Shown here: positions 61,736 through 64,000 of the stretch, one piece after another
How the letters are laid out: each line of letters begins with the position of its first letter
Position numbering within the stretch: the first letter of the stretch is position 1
From: an uncultured virus (IMG/VR IMGVR_UViG_2061766007_000970)
Lineage: Duplodnaviria > Heunggongvirae > Uroviricota > Caudoviricetes
Reading direction: 5' to 3' (one strand)
IMG/VR virus record: IMGVR_UViG_2061766007_000970
DNA length: 64,000 bases
Program-made: the position numbers and the translations under genes
The notes under the pieces: generated by a model
Database searches by the model: none
Told to the model about the DNA's origin: nothing
Seen by the model: only the letters and a program-made list of their open reading frames with translations

Positions 61736-63621
61736 TGTCTGAACAGCTGACAGAACCGACTGCCGTTGCGCAGAAATTCGAGAACACGCTGCCTTATACA
61801 GGCAACGTGGATTTCTGCCTTGGCGGGTTGATTCAGGGGCTCACGCCGCCCAAAGATCAGACGATTAGCCAGTGGGCGGCCGAAAACCGACTTTTGGCTG
61901 GCGAGGCGTCCGCTTCGAAGGGCAAGTGGACTAATGAGCGCACTCCTTACCTGGTTGAAATAATGGATATGCTTAGCCCGCAGAGCCCCTGCAGCGATGT
62001 GGCCTTTATGAAAGGCTCGCAGATTGGCGGTACCGAGTGCATGATTAACACGGCTCTCTACTACATGCTGCAAAGCCCGTGCCCGATTGGCCTTTACCAG
62101 ACTACTGACGATGCCGCCGCAGATTTCGAACGCCAAAGATTGGCTCCGACATTTACCGCGATGAAGATGGACCAGTATTTCACGGGCGACACGGCCGGCT
62201 GCAAGGAGTATCCGGGTGGCATCTTCTTTCTCGGTTCAGGTGGATCCGCTTCGCAGCTTCGTTCGAAGCCCCTGCAGGTTGTTCTTTGTGACGAAATCTC
62301 GGGTTGGCCGCTGGACTGCAACGGCGAAGGCGACCCGTGCGACCTGGTGAAGCGCAGAACGACAAACTTTCCGCGCAGAAAGCGCTTCTGGAACTCGACG
62401 CCGACCATCAAGGGCAAGTGCCGCATCACAAAGAAGTTCGAGACAGGAGACCAGCGCTACTACAACGTTCCGTGCCCGCATTGCGGTGAGCTGCACGTGT
62501 GGGAATTTAAGAACATGGTGTGGGACAAGGATTCTTCCGGAAACCACTTGCCGTTTACCGTGCGCATGAAGTGTCCGCATTGCGGTGGCGAATACCAGGA
62601 ATGGCGAAAGACGGAACTGATGGCACAGGGGCAGTGGGTGCCCACTAACCCGAATGGGGCTTACCCGAGCTACCATTTGGGCGCGTTCTATAGCCCGCTC
62701 GGGTGGTATTCTTGGGAAGAAATCGTTATCGATTTTTTGGAAGCGCAGGGCGACCCGCAAAAACTGAAGGTGTGGACCAACAACGTGGAGGGCCGTGCCT
62801 GGGACGAAGAAAACCAGGTCCGGCATGATTTCTCGGAATTGTTCTTGCGTCGCGAAAATTACGGTTGCGAGGTCCCTGACGGTGCGGTAATCTTGACGGC
62901 CGGCGTGGATACCCAGGACGACCGTCTTGAAGTGGAAATTGTCGGTTGGGGTCGCGGGCTCGAAAGCTGGAGCATCGATTACATAATTATTCCGGGAAAC
63001 CCGAACCAGGATGACGTGTGGGAAACTCTTGACGACATCCTGATTAACGCGAGCTATGCCAAGGCTGACGGTACGCAGCTGTATGTGGCTGCGGCCCTTG
63101 TGGACTCGGGCGGCCACAAGACCACGGCCGTGTACAAGTATTGCGCAAAGCGGGAATGGCGGCGCATTTACGCGAGCATCGGTGCGCGTGGCCCTAACAG
63201 GCCCGTTATTAGTCGCCCCGGATCCACGAAAAAGTCCTCTGCAGAGAATGCGAAGCTGATTACCGTGGGCACCGATACAATCAAGGACTGGTTCTTCAAT
63301 GTGCTTACGTTCGAAAAACCGGGCCCCGGATATTGCCATTTCCCGATGAAAGATGCCTACAATCAGGAACATTTCAAGCAGCTTGCCGAATCCGAAGTGA
63401 AAAAGTCACACATGAGTCGCGGGTTCTTGACTTATTCCTACGAAAAAATATATGATAGAAACGAGCCGCTCGACTGTCGAGTGTATGCCCGTGCGGCAAT
63501 CAACCTGGTCGGGATAGATGTGGATAAGCTGGCTGATTCCGGAAAGAGCTATACCAGGAATCCGGCAAAGAAGATTCCTATCCGAAAAGGCTTTGTGGTG
63601 AGCCAAGGAGTGAAACTATGA
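61735..63621 (+). CDS. terL: Terminase large subunit, lambda gpA family
   Basis: TPYL.E.MD, KGSQIGGTE, DE, STPT, CPHCG x2, GVDTQDDRL, RNE.LDC.VY. Confidence 0.95.
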   Translation: MSEQLTEPTAVAQKFENTLPYTGNVDFCLGGLIQGLTPPKDQTISQWAAENRLLAGEASASKGKWTNERTPYLVEIMDMLSPQSPCSDVAFMKGSQIGGTECMINTALYYMLQSPCPIGLYQTTDDAAADFERQRLAPTFTAMKMDQYFTGDTAGCKEYPGGIFFLGSGGSASQLRSKPLQVVLCDEISGWPLDCNGEGDPCDLVKRRTTNFPRRKRFWNSTPTIKGKCRITKKFETGDQRYYNVPCPHCGELHVWEFKNMVWDKDSSGNHLPFTVRMKCPHCGGEYQEWRKTELMAQGQWVPTNPNGAYPSYHLGAFYSPLGWYSWEEIVIDFLEAQGDPQKLKVWTNNVEGRAWDEENQVRHDFSELFLRRENYGCEVPDGAVILTAGVDTQDDRLEVEIVGWGRGLESWSIDYIIIPGNPNQDDVWETLDDILINASYAKADGTQLYVAAALVDSGGHKTTAVYKYCAKREWRRIYASIGARGPNRPVISRPGSTKKSSAENAKLITVGTDTIKDWFFNVLTFEKPGPGYCHFPMKDAYNQEHFKQLAESEVKKSHMSRGFLTYSYEKIYDRNEPLDCRVYARAAINLVGIDVDKLADSGKSYTRNPAKKIPIRKGFVVSQGVKL

Positions 63622-64000
63622 TGGATTTTCATGTGACGTGCAATGTCGATAAGCTGCTGAAGGGCGTGCGCGACGTGCGCGAAAAACAACTGCCGTATGC
63701 CATGAAGGAGGCGGTTAACGCCAATGCGTTCCGGGCTCGCCGAGCTCTCATCAAGGATTATCCTCGTAAGTTTACTATGCGTTCGAAAGGATTGCCAAAC
63801 CTGATCCGTATCGACAAGGCTGACAAGAAGGTGCCTGCGGCCCGCATTTTCCTGGACAAGTTGTTTATGGCCCGCCAGGAATACGGTGGGGAAAAGGTCG
63901 CAAAGCCTGGAAAGGGCGTGGCTGTGCCGCGTCCTGGCGTTACCGAGAAGGGTGGGTTAACATCAAAGGGTTCTGTCAAGCCGGGTTACTACGTTTCGGC
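63618..64000 (+). CDS. Phage morphogenesis/neck-like protein, runs off the window
   Basis: AAGGAG RBS, ATGA overlap with terL; MMDFHVTCNVDKLLKG...KQLPYAM..AVN. Confidence 0.5.
   Translation, partial: MMDFHVTCNVDKLLKGVRDVREKQLPYAMKEAVNANAFRARRALIKDYPRKFTMRSKGLPNLIRIDKADKKVPAARIFLDKLFMARQEYGGEKVAKPGKGVAVPRPGVTEKGGLTSKGSVKPGYYVS

Larger units (their letters stand above)
29582..64000. mobile_element. Temperate phage/prophage B, several haplotypes (tail, lysis, att, integrase, early, immunity, terminase)
   Basis: Second integrase, syntenic divergent counterparts of phage A early genes, terminase small and large subunits, tRNA-Lys att core. Confidence 0.85.

Overview
A gapped scaffold (many 10-N joins, overlapping near-identical contigs) of at least two related temperate phages/prophages plus several haplotypes. 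The host is probably Fibrobacter-like (inference from a host gene fragment). Phage A: tail/lysis genes, integrase 14230-15228, early/replication genes, CI, hicAB, HEPN pair. Phage B: tail/lysis genes, tRNA-Lys att core, integrase 40436-41443, early/replication genes, CI, hicAB, retropepsin-SEC-C pair, lambda-gpA-type terminase. The main result is a complete diversity-generating retroelement (DGR) in the tail module: C-type-lectin-like target gene(s), three different variable-repeat alleles (4465-4574, 9540-9649, 9685-9774), a GC hairpin, avd, a 110-bp template repeat (5490-5599), and an RT split by the assembly (5627-6167 + 29582-30292). VR1 differs from the TR at 19 positions, all TR adenines. 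The RT nevertheless has non-canonical motifs (GGAIGFLCWQ, FVDD), one VR has an extra codon, and the target occurs with two different N-termini. Other candidates: a Pro-rich micropeptide + 2-TM effector cassette after both repressors, an acidic protein + RHH operon next to att (Acr/Aca-like), a standalone three-gene operon with a structured leader, and a swappable toxin/protease slot beside hicAB. All functional calls come from motifs read by eye; no searches were run, and gene order across N gaps is unreliable.
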